A stretch of 64,000 bases of DNA. Origin: Octopus sinensis. Its lineage: Eukaryota. The notes beneath the pieces were generated by a model that ran no database searches, had not been told where the DNA came from, and saw only the letters and a list, made by a program, of their open reading frames with translations. Made by a program: the position numbers and the translations under genes. Of the stretch, positions 11,556 through 23,689 are shown piece by piece. Each line of letters starts with the position of its first letter. Within the stretch, counting starts at the first letter, position 1. The stretch is from NCBI RefSeq assembly GCF_006345805.1, contig NC_043000.1, positions 3,968,001 through 4,032,000 of the forward strand, in the 5' to 3' direction.

Positions 11556-14236
11556 TTGTTGTCCTTAAATGCTCGCAGTTTATGCAACAAAATACATTTG
11601 TTCAACGCCTACGTCAGAAGTGTTGACCCTGACTTCATCACTGTCACGGAAACATGGGCGCATTCCTTACTCTGTGATGGGGTTTTCAACATCACGGGGT
11701 ACAACCTCTTCCGTAAGGACCGCACTAACCGCCGTGGTGGTGGTGTGATGGTCTATGTTCGTTCAAATTTTTTGGTAATTCCTTGTGCCGATTTGAACGA
11801 ATCACAAGAAGAAGTTTTTTTCTGTGACGTGCGTATGACCATGTCAACACTCCTGCTTGGCGTTGTTTATTGTCCCCCAAGTTACCATCGGGACACACAG
11901 CTTTGCAATGTCCTCCGAGCTGCTGCCAGGAAAACAGCCACTTATGTGTTTATTGCAGGCGATTTCAATCATCCTGAGATCGATTGGGAGACCTTCCATT
12001 GGCCACAGAGTGCAAACGATTTTGTTGAGCTTGTGCTGGACTCAAACTGGTCACAAGTAGTCACCTCTCCAACAAGAGGCGACAACACCTTGGACCTGCT
12101 CTTCACCACAACTCCTGAAGCGGTTATCAATTGCACTACGGAGGAACCTCTAGGTGACTCTGATCATGCTATGATCATCGCCAATCTGGCTCTTGCGGGC
12201 AACAAAAACCTGAACCATCTCCAATCTGCTTCCTTCGATTGGAAGAGAGCAGATTGGAACCTGTACCACACTGAACTACAGCACCCAAACTGGCGTGAAT
12301 TCTACAACTCTGGAGATGTGAATACTATACTCCAGAGTATCCTGGACTCAATATGGGCAGCATGTGCAGCATCAGTGCCACGTAAACAAAAAAAGAAGAA
12401 CCGCCCCAAAAGGGCAATTTGGGAAACTTCAGCGGTCCGACTTGCCAGGAGGGAACGTCGGACTGCTGAACGGGAATACAGGTTGCATAAATCAGACACC
12501 AACAGGAAGAAGCGGAATAAATCCTCCAACCATCTCAAGCAAGTGACAAAAAAAGCAGTGCTTGAATTTGAACAGTGCATAGCAGCCAATCCTGACAGCA
12601 AGGTTTTCTGGAAATATGTGCACTCAAAGCAGAGACCTCACTCTCCAGTGGGCCCTCTTCGCAACCCTCACACAAACCAGATCACTGACGACCCCAAGGA
12701 ATGCGCAGAACTCATTGCCGAGTGCTATGGCAAACATATTCACTGTTGAAAGTCAAAATGTACCATCTTCACCATCACTAACAGCAAACTCCATAACAAC
12801 TATGGAATTTACACCTGCAATGCTGCGACGTCACCTTCAAAATAAGCGCAACTATGCCTCCCCTGGTCTCGATGGAGTTACATACCTGCTTCTCAAACGT
12901 GGCAGGCACTTCCTTTTACACCAGCTTTCTATTTTCTTCCAGTACTGTCTCAACAATGGTGCTACTCCGGAGCAGTGGAAAACTGCCAGTGTCATTCCTC
13001 TGTTCAAAAAGGGCGACCGCACATCACCTGTCAACTATCGCCCAGTCAGTCTCACTAGCTGTATTGCAAAACTGATGGAATCGTGTGTCAGAGAAACACT
13101 CTGGAACTTCTGGAGCTCTCACAGTCTCATCCGACCCTCACAATATGGATTTGTCCCTAACTCCAGCTGCAGTGACCAGCTTGTCGAGTTCCTTGAGGAC
13201 ATTACTCAGATTACTGACAGTGGCTCATAGGTGGATGTTGTCTACCTTGACTTTGCTAAGGCTTTCAACTCTGTGCCACACAAAAGGCTTATGGTGAAAC
13301 TCTCTGCAATGGGTGTGGGGGATGACCTTTTTAACTGGTTGAAATCCTTCATCCTCAGCCGAAAGGAGGTAGTCACAGTTCTAGGACAGCACTCTACACC
13401 ATATGAGATGTCATCGGGTGTACCACAGGGATCTGTCCTTGGCCCCCTCTTGTTTGTGGCATACATTAACGACATAGATGCCAATTTAAAGAATGCCACA
13501 GTATTGAAATATGCAGACGACATCAAGCTGTACCTTGAAATCAAGAGGACAGATCCTGATGTCTACAACTCTTTCCTGCAATCAGACCTAGACACAATGC
13601 AGCAATGGATCACAGACTGGCAACTGAAACTGGCTGTGGACAAGTGTACCACCATGCATTTTGGGAGAAAAAACCCTGCGTTCACATACTCCCTCCACAA
13701 CACTGATATCAAGAAATCCTCTTGCGAGCGTGACCTAGGCATCACTGTCAGCAGTGATCTGCGTTGGTCAAAGCATATCTCTAAGATTGTCAGGAAGGCC
13801 GAGGGTGTCTTGGCATCACTCAGCAGGTCTTTTGTTAGCCGCTCTCCAGCCATCTATTTAAAACTGTATACAGCTATGGTACGACCACACTTGGAATTCG
13901 CATCATATTCTACCATATTCTGAGCGCCATGTTTCTCTGGGCATGGATTCACTGAAGCTCCGGCGTTTGGCGACGGACTTGGTAAACACCCACAAAGTTA
14001 TCAACCACCTCACCAACAACAACACTGAACACCTTTTTGACCTCCATGTGTCTAACACACGTGGACATGCCTACAAAGTCAGAAAACAATACAGCTCCCA
14101 TGACTTTCGGAAACATTTTTTCACGCTCAGAGTTGCTGAAGCATGGAATAAACTGCCTGCGTCAGTTGTTGACTGCCATGACACTGCATCTTTTAAGGCC
14201 CTCATGCTTTCCGAAATCCGCCGAAACTTCACCTGA
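11556..14236 (+). pseudogene. LINE ORF2 (APE endonuclease + reverse transcriptase), disabled
   Basis: APE motifs LNARSL, VTETW, GDFN, LDLLF, SDH; RT motifs NYRPVSLTS, YLDFAKAF, GVPQGSVLGPLLF, YADD. Frameshift ~12740, TAG at 13228-13230, apparent deletion/frameshift ~13908. Confidence 0.92.
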
Positions 14237-14377
14237 TTATATATACACTTTAGATGAGTTGTAGTGCACCTGAGCACTGTACACAATGTTTATTATTATT
14301 ATTATTATTATACTAGCATTGGTTGAACAATTTGACCGCATCTAACAAGCTGGAGAGCCACATCATGTTCATACTCC

Positions 14378-14589
14378 TCCTTTACTCCTTTACTTGTTTC
14401 AGTCATTTGACTGCGGCCATGCTGAAGCACCGCCTTTTAGTCGAGCAAGTCGACCCCGGGACTTATTCTTTTTGTAAGCCCAGCACTTATTCTATCGGTC
14501 TCTTTTTGCCGAACCGCTAAGTGATGGGGACGTAAACACACCAGCATCGGTTGTCAAGCAATGCTAGGAGAACAAACACAGACACACAA

Positions 14590-14627
<38 letters not shown>

Positions 14628-14780
14628 ATATATACGACAGGCTTCTTTCAGTTTCCGTCTACCAAATCCACTCACAAGGCATTGGTCGGCCCGGGGTTAT
14701 AGCAGAAGACACTTGCCCAAGATGCCACACAGTGGGACTGAACCCAGAACCATGTGGTTGGTTAGCAAGCTACTTACCAC
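14378..14780 (-). mobile_element. SINE A (missing first ~20 nt)
   Basis: Reverse complement of family A. Confidence 0.85.
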
Positions 14781-15228
14781 ATGGTTTCTACGGCTTAATG
14801 CCTTTCTAACATAAACCACTTGACGGAGTGTCTGGTGCACTTTTTTTTTTTTTTTTTGTCTTCTGTGATGTCAGCACCAACCTGCTTGAGAGTTGTTGTT
14901 TCTGCTTGATTTGCAACCAGTTTATAGAGTGTATTAGGTACCTCTTTGGTAACACCGCCACTTGTGTGGTTGCCTTAGGATAATGACTTTTAAGTAGAGT
15001 GAAGAGTGAAGTTAAACTTTGTTGAGCGGAATAGATTTATTATTGTGAGAGAGTGTAACAGAGAAGACAGACAGTATTGGGGTGGGAGGTAGAAATGGAA
15101 GGAATAGGGAAAGGGGAAGATTAATATTAATATTAGAGGTTAATGAGAGAAAGAGAGAGGGAGAGAGAGAAGTGAGGAGACAAAATCGTAAGGAGGATAG
15201 GGTGAGGTGAATAAAGAGCTCCAGTGCT

Positions 15229-15461
15229 ATTCTTATTTCTTTACTGCTCACAAGGGGCTACACACAGAGGGGACAAACAAGGACAGACAAACGGATTAAG
15301 TCGATTATATCGACTCCAGTGCGTAACTGGTACTTATTTAATCGACCCCAAAAGGATGAAAGGCAAAGTCAACCTAGGCGGAATTTGAACTCAGAACGTA
15401 ACGGCAGACGAAATACCGCTAAGCATTTCACCCGGCGTGCTAACGATTCTGCCAGCTAGCC
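15229..15461 (-). mobile_element. SINE B (young subtype)
   Basis: Reverse complement of 24184-24413. Confidence 0.88.
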
Positions 15462-16559
15462 GTGCCACAAAACTGACTATGGATGGGTGAGTTGGGTGGA
15501 CAGGGTGCATGAAAGACTATAGATGAGGGTGACAAATGCCAGGGTGCTGGAACTAATACCATGAGTTATTTTTGGCAATGCTCTAATGATTCTACCACTC
15601 TATCTATCACCTGACAAATAAATATTATATAAATTAAACCATCAATACTTGTACGGATACACACCACTCGTAAGTATCATGCTGGACAGAAACAACGACA
15701 ACAGCAACAACAAAAAACTAATAGCAATAACTGTGCATGAAATATGAAATCTTAAATATATGATGGAGGTGGAAATTGAGTTTGTGCCACAATTACTTGT
15801 AGAAAACAATCTAATTATTGCAGAATGGCGTTGTCAATTTTTTTTCTTTTTTCCTCTGGAGAGACATTGCTGCCAATGCATCAGTTTGACAATGATGCCA
15901 GTTTCACATAAGATTACATAATTATATCCACATGAAATATAGGTGCCAATCTAATTAATGGCTGCATCTCTTCAGGGATTCTGTCATTCTCGTTGAGAAT
16001 GTTGGCAAGTATTCATGAGTGACAGAGAATTGCTGATTGGAGAAAATTAAAGATGGAGAGAGAGAGAGGAAGAGAGATGGAATTTTGAAGAATGTTAAAA
16101 AAATAAAAATAAAAAAAGAAATAGATTGTTTGCAAGTGATAAATGAAAGAAGAATGTGTTCTATCAGTTGGAGTGGAAGGAAGTATGGCATAATAAATAC
16201 TGGATTTTCTAAATTCTTTAATAGTGTGAATACTTTGGGTTTGAGGAAATTAGAAAGAAGACTGGTATCTCGAGATCCATCTTAGAATAATCTCTGGGTG
16301 TCTCTGTGCAGTCATATGACATGTCAGAAAAAGCTACAAAATCTCCCTCAAATCACAACTAAAAAAAAAAACAAATGCTAAGTATTCATCAGATAATATT
16401 GTCTTCGATAACATATGATTGAAAAAAACAAAAAAGAACTGGGATTATCAAAGATCAGTTTGATTAGAACTGACCCAGAGCCAAACAACAACTGCAAGAG
16501 GCTCAGGAAAATAATTCCTAAATCTGCCTCATACTTGCTTTATAAAGAAAACTGACAGC

Positions 16560-16642
<83 letters not shown>

Positions 16643-18098
16643 TAGAAGGTTTGGAGATGATGTACAGGTATTTTATATTAGAAGAAACGAGGTACTCAGA
16701 ATTCAGATGGTTTTATATTTACAGATATATATATATATATATAATAAATTAATAAATAAATAAAACATATGCATATATACATACATATATGTACGTACAT
16801 ACCTCTATATGTATATATACATGCATATATGGGTACAGGACACCAAATAAACGTCGAACACAATGAGAAACACAAAACCAAGGAAATGGACATTTTTCTT
16901 AACGAAAAAATAGAGTACAGGACATACAAAACAAGGAAAATTCCCCTTCTTCAGTTGCCTTTGTTTAATCTACTCCATGTTTCGAAGGTCAAGGCGATAC
17001 ATGACTTTAATGAAACTTTCCTTCCCACGAAAATCAAATTAAATAAAATTTGAGATTTTTTTACGGAGGGGTAAAAATAGTAACAAAAACAGGACAGTAA
17101 CGACAGTACAAAATATAAACAGTAAAATACAGGACACGGAGAATAACAGTAACACAAACAAGAAGGGCTGTTAAGCCGAACGAGATAAAATTTTTTACGA
17201 ACACTATTTTTTGAGAACGGCGAGGGAACAACAGATTAGCCGTCTCTACACATCCATTTCTAAGTAAGATTGTTCTTAATATATATATATATATGCTTAA
17301 ACTTAGATACTATAATCCCTGCTTCCGAGGGAGCTATGTGTATGGCTGAAGCCAATATTAATACTAATAGAATTACTAGTACTAACAATACTAACTCTAT
17401 TATAACCATTATAACCACTACAACTACTAATAATACTAACAATAAAACTAATACTACTACTAATGAAAAGCTACTACTGAAAATAATACTATTTCTAATA
17501 CTAAACAACAACAACTATTAATAATAATACTATTGCTACTAATATTACTACTGCTACTAATACTAATACTAATAGTAATAATTATAATAATAATAATAAT
17601 AATGGTAATAATGATAACAACAACAACAATATGAGCCTATCACCCAATACAACCTTAGCCTTCAACCTGTCTGCAAATAGTACAATTTCACCCCTCTCTC
17701 CAACTAACCAACTTAGAACGGATAGTTGCAACTGCAGGTCCAGGACCAATTGCCAGTTGTAAGCGGTTCAAGGTGGTATACAAATACACTGTCCACCACT
17801 TATTAAATTATTCCTCGAGCTACCATATCGGATCTACTGTTAATTTCAAGCAAAGGTATTCTGCCCATTTAAACTCATTTAAATATAAAGAGCATAGCAA
17901 CTCCACATCCCTGGCCAGTCACATACACCATCTAGTTAATTGGAAAATACAATATAGGACATCCTGGGCTATAATAGATTCTGGAATCCCATACCAGGAA
18001 CAGCGCTCCACATGTGGACTCTACCTAAAGGAGGCCCTCCAGTTATTAACTCATAACTCCCCACAATTACTCAATAAACAAAACAGAGCACTCACAAC

Positions 18099-18985
18099 GG
18101 ATCTTTTCAATTCTGAAGCCAGGACCACAGATCTTTCTACTTAACTAAATATTCTGAAACTTCGTATGCTGATAGAGTCTAGCAAAACAAGACACAGGTT
18201 GGAACTAGTTTATTTGAGAAAAATCTATTTTATGACTTTAATCGTAGATTAAAACTGCGAATTTTAACCAATCAGATTGTTTGTTTTCATGTGTAAAACT
18301 TGACTGCATTCTATTAGTGTGACGTAGAAAGCGCTTTTGTGACGTACTAACGTTCGGAAAACTGTAAACAAACACAGAACGTAACGGCAGACGAAATACG
18401 GCTACGCATTTCGCCCGGCGTGCTAACGTTTCTGCCAGCTCTTTGCTTTTTTAATATTAAATTTCTTGCCTTTTGCACAAATAAATACAATAAGTGAAAT
18501 GAAACGCATTAGCTTAGAAACGAAATCTTGTTAGAAGCCTCGTCACTGAGATGCCACTTCTTAATAGCAAACGAAAGCAAGTACTAACAGAATGGAAACA
18601 TTTTCAATTTAATACATGTGGCTTATTAACTAGTTTTAAATATTGTTATTAGAAGGTGGCTGACTATAGGATCCTGGAAACATGAGTACTTAAATAATTA
18701 GAAGGAGATTTCACGGAGACATGCGGCTTGTTTACATTTAAGATGTTTAATACGTCACCAAATTGGTGGTCGAGACGGAGTAAATAAAATAAAGCCGAAT
18801 GACGGATTATCATTGGTTAAAATTCTAATTATTAAACAACGTTAAACTTAGAAGTTACAATTCCGTTTTCATTCTGGTTTACAATTAAGTTTACTTTTGA
18901 CACATTCTACCAGTATACGAAGTTTCAAATTGTTTGGTTCAGTAGGAAAAATTTGAAAAAACTGGCTTCAGAATTGAAAAGATCC
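18099..18985. mobile_element. Non-autonomous DNA transposon, GG-terminal TIRs, 8-bp TSD (Merlin-like)
   Basis: TIR GGATCTTTTCAATTCTGAAGCCAG; TSD CTCACAAC at 18091-18098 and 18986-18993; contains a SINE B fragment at 18375-18441. Confidence 0.85.
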
Positions 18986-20012
18986 CTCACAACTTGTAAA
19001 CACAAATTTTTCTGCACATTTAAATTTTTCCATAAGTCCAAATGTAAACTTATCTCTCACACATAACACTTACTTGCGTATTTCTATGGTTGTTATTATA
19101 TACCAATGTCTATCCTTTCATTATCTTCTCCATCAACATTAGTGCCTTAGAAGATAGCTGCTAATTTTTTACTTTAACCTGCAGGTTTTAATTTAATCTA
19201 AATTTTAAACCTTAACTTCTTAAACCTCCAAATCTTGAATTGTAACTTTTATTCCTAAACAATTAAATATTCAACTGGTTTCATAATCAACTGGAACTTC
19301 ATCTATTCAACAGACACAAATATTTACTGCTTGACCTCTTGCTCCAACCCTAAACTTGAGAAATAGCACTGGCATCTTATCTATTATTCTCTTTATTTCT
19401 TTTCCTATTCTCCTTGATCCTATTTACTTTAAATTTTTTTTCCTCCATTATCTTCCTCCTCTCTTTTATCTATACCCTAATTTTTACAATTTATTCTTAT
19501 TTTTATTTTATTTCTACTTTTTATAGTTTTTTTTATTTTATTATATTTTTAGTTTTTACTCTATATTTTTATGTTTCTTTCTTTAACCAATCCTGACCAA
19601 TCCTTGCCAATACCCTGTCACTTACCTTCCTTCTCTCTTTCTATCCCCACAGACTACCCCTATTTCTCTCTCTCTTCACTAACATCTCTTTCCCTTTATT
19701 TCTCTTTCTCCCTACACTATGCTCAGTAGCCACTTTTATTCTCACACAAACCAGCCATCTCAATATGAACACACCATTCCTATTTCTGCCAAAATATTGC
19801 CTGGATACTTTGCCATAATACTACCTGGATTTACCTCAGCTTTTACCTAATGATATACAGACTAACATCCATACCCTCTGAAAAATGAACTTTACTTTCT
19901 TATTTCCTTATTCTCTACCTGTCTATTTTATTGCTTATTACCTGCAAATTTTCCATGTCTGGATCTTTTATCTGAATATTTCCATGTGTAGGTCTTTCAT
20001 GTTTTCTACTTG

Positions 20013-20086
20013 TCTCTGATGACGGAATACCCCATATTCAGGCATGCTTGCCTATCACTTGGGATAGACCAGAAACAGCTGTAAGA
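20013..20086 (+). ncRNA. Type I hammerhead ribozyme motif (PLE-associated)
   Basis: TCT-CTGATGA-[weak stem II]-GAAA-CAGCTG-TA-AGA; palindromic stem III. Confidence 0.6.
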
Positions 20087-21250
20087 TCTCAACTAATTTA
20101 AGAATAATATAAAATAATGTATATGACTTGAGATGCTTGTTATGCCTTGGTATTTGTTGTCCTCTTTCACAAATATATATCTGCTAAATTAAATCAGCAA
20201 CCTAAAATGGATCCATAGCTCCCATCTCAGTTATGAGCTTGAAACCCTAATAATCCGTTACAACACTCACCCAGTGTACCTATTTGCTTAGATCCCCAGT
20301 GAACTAAACCCACATATTCTATATATGTGCATATATATACACACATCTATACACTTCTATATATAAAGTGTATACATGTGTGTGTATATATATGTACAAA
20401 TATGTATGTATAAATGTGTATATATGTGTGTGTATACATATATATATATATATATATAAAGTGTATAGATGTGTGTATATATATATGTACATATATCTAT
20501 GTATAAATGTGTATATATGTGTGTGTACATATATATATATATAAATGTATGTCTTGTCACTGTAAACAGTGAGATATTAAATCTTTTTATCACTTTGTTG
20601 GGAACAGTAAGATATCTTACGAGATATTTCCTATCATGTTATTCAAATCGTTGACTATCTTGTGCGGTATATTTTAAACTAGAAGCTGCACGGTAGATTC
20701 TGTTTATTTCTACTGGAACTTCAATGATATTGTTCGATATAAACAAAGGCAGTAAAAGAAAGCATAACTGTAACAAATTAAGACACTTTATTTATTTTTT
20801 TTTTCCAAAGGTTTTATGACTATAATTTTATTAGATCAGCATTATCAAACTAATGCAATTGTTACCATGGTTACAGAATGGTGGGGGGCAGATGGAGAAA
20901 CACAATTCTTCAGCTATTATTCTTTTATACATAGCCGTGTTTACTATAAAAAGTATTGAATACAAGGGAGGAACAAGCAAGGATGGACAGAGACACAAGC
21001 ACGCGTACATCAGTTTTCATAGATTCATATCTATATATTTATCTATGTTTGCATAAATACAAACACACACACATTTATTTGTAGGTGTAGGTGTGGCAAG
21101 AGGTTTCCTTCCCAATCACATGGTTCCAGGTTCAGTCCCACTTGTTAGTGTATTTGACTGAAGGAAACTGAAAGAAGCTCATTTTGTGTGTGTGTGTCTG
21201 TTACTTTCTCCTTGTTATAACACTTTGTGTCAGTTGTAAATAAACGTTAC

Positions 21251-21480
21251 TAGGCGCAGGAGTGGCTGTGTGGTAAGTACCTATAGGCGCAGGAGTGGCT
21301 GTGTGGTAAGTACCTATAGGCATAGGAGTGGCTGTGTGGTAAGTACCTATAGGCATAGGAGTGGCTGTGTGGTAAGTACCCATAGGCGCAGGAGTGGCTG
21401 TGTGGTAAGTACCCATAGGCGCAGGCGTGGCTGTGTGGTAAGTACCCATAGGCGCAGGAGTGGCTGTCTGGTAAGTAGCT
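21251..21480 (+). repeat. Seven tandem 33-bp units of the SINE A 5' end
   Basis: Unit TAGGCGCAGGAGTGGCTGTGTGGTAAGTACC(T/C)A starting 21251, 21284, 21317, 21350, 21383, 21416, 21449. Confidence 0.95.
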
Positions 21481-21830
21481 TGCTAACCAGCCACATGTTT
21501 CCGGGTTCAGTCCCACTGCGTGGCATCTTGGGCAAGTGTCTTCTGCTATAGCCCCGGGCCGACCAATGCCTTGTGAGTGGATTTGGTAGACGGAAACTGA
21601 AAGAAGCCTGTCATATATATGTATGTGTTTGTGTGTCTGTGTTTGTCCTCTTAGCATTGCTTGACGACCAATGCTGGTGTGTTTACGTCCCCGTCACTTA
21701 GCGGTTTGGCAAAAGAGACTGATAGAATAAGTACTGGGCTTACAAAAAATAAGTCCCGGGGTTGATATGCTCGACTAAAGGCGGTGCTCCAGCATGGCCG
21801 CAGTCAACTGACTGAAACAAGTAAAAGTAA
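21449..21830 (+). mobile_element. SINE A, full length, continuing from the tandem array
   Basis: Family A consensus. Confidence 0.9.
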
Positions 21831-22146
21831 AAAATCAAAAAAATCATGGAAGCAGTGACCTTTGTTTCCAGTCTTCTGTGAAAACATGTCTGGTCACTTG
21901 GAAACAGGTGAAGGTTGGCGATAGGAAGGAGGTCCAGCTGCAGAAAGTCTCCCTCAATAAATTTTGTCTGACCCATGCAGGCAAGGAAATGAGGATGTTA
22001 AGATGATGATAATAATGATGATGACAATGATTTCATTTCACCTAAACACACATCTCTGCATATATACACAGACATTTGAATGGAACGGATATGGATAGAT
22101 AGATGATAGATGTATACATAGGCATGCCTGTTTATGCATACAAATA

Positions 22147-22185
<39 letters not shown>

Positions 22186-22438
22186 ATGCGTATGTATATG
22201 TGTGTGTGTGTGTGGTGTACTCGAATTGATTGATGTCTTTCAGAATCTTGCCATTGCGTATGGCGAAGAAACCTTTCAGAAAGTCAACTTTTAGAGATGC
22301 AAATGGATTCAGTCCCTTGTTGCAGTCATGTTAACATTCTTGCCAACATGCAATGCGACACACTGAAGAGTTTGGCAGCTGATTGGATATTGATTATGTC
22401 ACCAAATATTACAAGGTCATCAGCACTCACACATACAC

Positions 22439-22476
<38 letters not shown>

Positions 22477-22479
22477 TAG

Positions 22480-22817
22480 ATCGTTACCAGCATCGCCTTA
22501 CTGGCACGGGAAAAAACATTCGAGTGAGATCATTGCCAGTGCCGCTTGACTGGCTCCTGTGCAGGTGGGACGTAAAAAACACCATTTGAATGTGGCCATT
22601 GCCAGTACTGCCTGACCGGCCCTCGTGCCAGTGGCACGTAAAAGCACCCACTATACTCTTGGAGTGGTTGACTTTAAGAAGAACATCCAGCTGTAGTAAC
22701 TCTGCCAGATCAGATTGGAGCCTGGTGCAGCCATCTGGTCCACCAGTCCTCAGTCAAATCGTCCAACCCATGCTAGCATGGAAAGCGGATGTTAGACGAT
22801 GATGATGATGATGATGA
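22480..22817 (+). mobile_element. Family C repeat, long copy
   Basis: Family C motifs and (GAT)n tail. Confidence 0.8.
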
Positions 22818-22827
22818 TATATATATG

Positions 22828-22867
<40 letters not shown>

Positions 22868-23046
22868 GAGATGTTTTGGTATCCAGAAGACCCAAAAAGC
22901 AAGTAAGGTGTTAAGCTCCTGGTTCAATAGTAGCATGAGTGAGGAATCTAAGGTAGGTTGTATATGAGTGTGTATATGTTAAATAAGATAAGATAACAAG
23001 GTCAAGGCAGTTTGATATTCCTATGACATTTATAAATAGAGAGTTG

Positions 23047-23090
23047 GCCTTACAGCTGTTTCAGGGAAATAAGTGATATCCCATCATCAG
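23047..23090 (-). ncRNA. Hammerhead motif (core intact, stem I 5' arm missing)
   Basis: Minus strand CTGATGA-TGGGA...TCCCT-GAAA-CAGCTG-TA-AGGC. Confidence 0.6.
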
Positions 23091-23252
23091 CAACTTTAAC
23101 ATCCAACATGTATTCTTATTTTCATATACTCTTTTTATACTTTCTGCTTTATATCAAATTTCTTGTATATCTCTCCTTCTCCAGAGTAACTTCTTCAAAA
23201 AAAAAAAAACAAAGAACTTTACTAATTCTTTCTATTGAAGCTCTTTTAACTC

Positions 23253-23300
23253 GTCTCTGCCGATGGGATAGCACTTATTTCCCTGAAGCCACTGTAAGAC
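23253..23300 (+). ncRNA. Degenerate hammerhead motif, inverted partner of 23047-23090
   Basis: GTCT-CTGCCGA-TGGGA...TCCCT-GAAG-CCACTG-TA-AGAC; stem I intact, core mutated. Confidence 0.45.
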
Positions 23301-23473
23301 CACCTTTCTGTTTATAAATGTCCCAGGAATATCAAATTACCTTGGCCTTGTTATCTTATTTAACACACATATACACATCATCATCATCACCATTATCATT
23401 TAATGTCCATGCGGGCATGGGTTGGACAGTTTGACAGGAACCGGCTAGGCAGGAGCCTGCATCAAACTTCTGT

Positions 23474-23689
23474 GCTGTCCAAGAATTTGGACCTGGAGAT
23501 CTTCATTTCCAGTGACTTCGAGGGCCACCTCCCAGTGGTGTCGGGTGTCAACGAAGAGCCCTCGACTACAACAAGACGGCCAAAGTTTCTTTTTCCAAGG
23601 TCTGGGGTCTCCCGCCCCTAAACCCTAGACCATTACCTAATCACCCTTACCCGTCTTGTTGCTTAACAACAACAATAACAACAACAACA
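23474..23689 (+). mobile_element. 5'-truncated retroposed fragment with (CAA)n tail and 13-bp TSD, inside a family C copy (23377-23920, minus strand)
   Basis: TSD ATCAAACTTCTGT (23461-23473) / ATCAGACTTCTGT (23690-23702). Confidence 0.7.

Larger units (their letters stand above)
11125..14310 (+). mobile_element. CR1/L2-group non-LTR retrotransposon, 5'-truncated within ORF1, (TTA)n tail
   Basis: GC-richer block with ORF1 C-terminus, APE endonuclease, RT, short 3' UTR and (TTA)n at ~14290-14310; second 3'-end copy at 50471-50602. Confidence 0.92.
17720..20320 (+). mobile_element. Penelope-like retroelement 3' remnant (GIY-YIG endonuclease + 3' pseudo-LTR region)
   Basis: CNCRSRTNC linker, then VVY...YHIGST..FKQRYSAH.NSF...STSLA.....W.II......TCGL.LKE...LLNK...TCKH (CKH restored once the MITE is removed); hammerhead motif downstream at 20013-20086. 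Confidence 0.75.

Noticed and set aside
16942-16990. Minus-strand GAAAC...CTGAAGA (type II hammerhead order)
   Set aside because: Stems I and III cannot be formed convincingly; left as unclassified repeat.
21251-21480. CRISPR-like array
   Set aside because: No spacers; units are the SINE A head; eukaryotic context with no cas genes.
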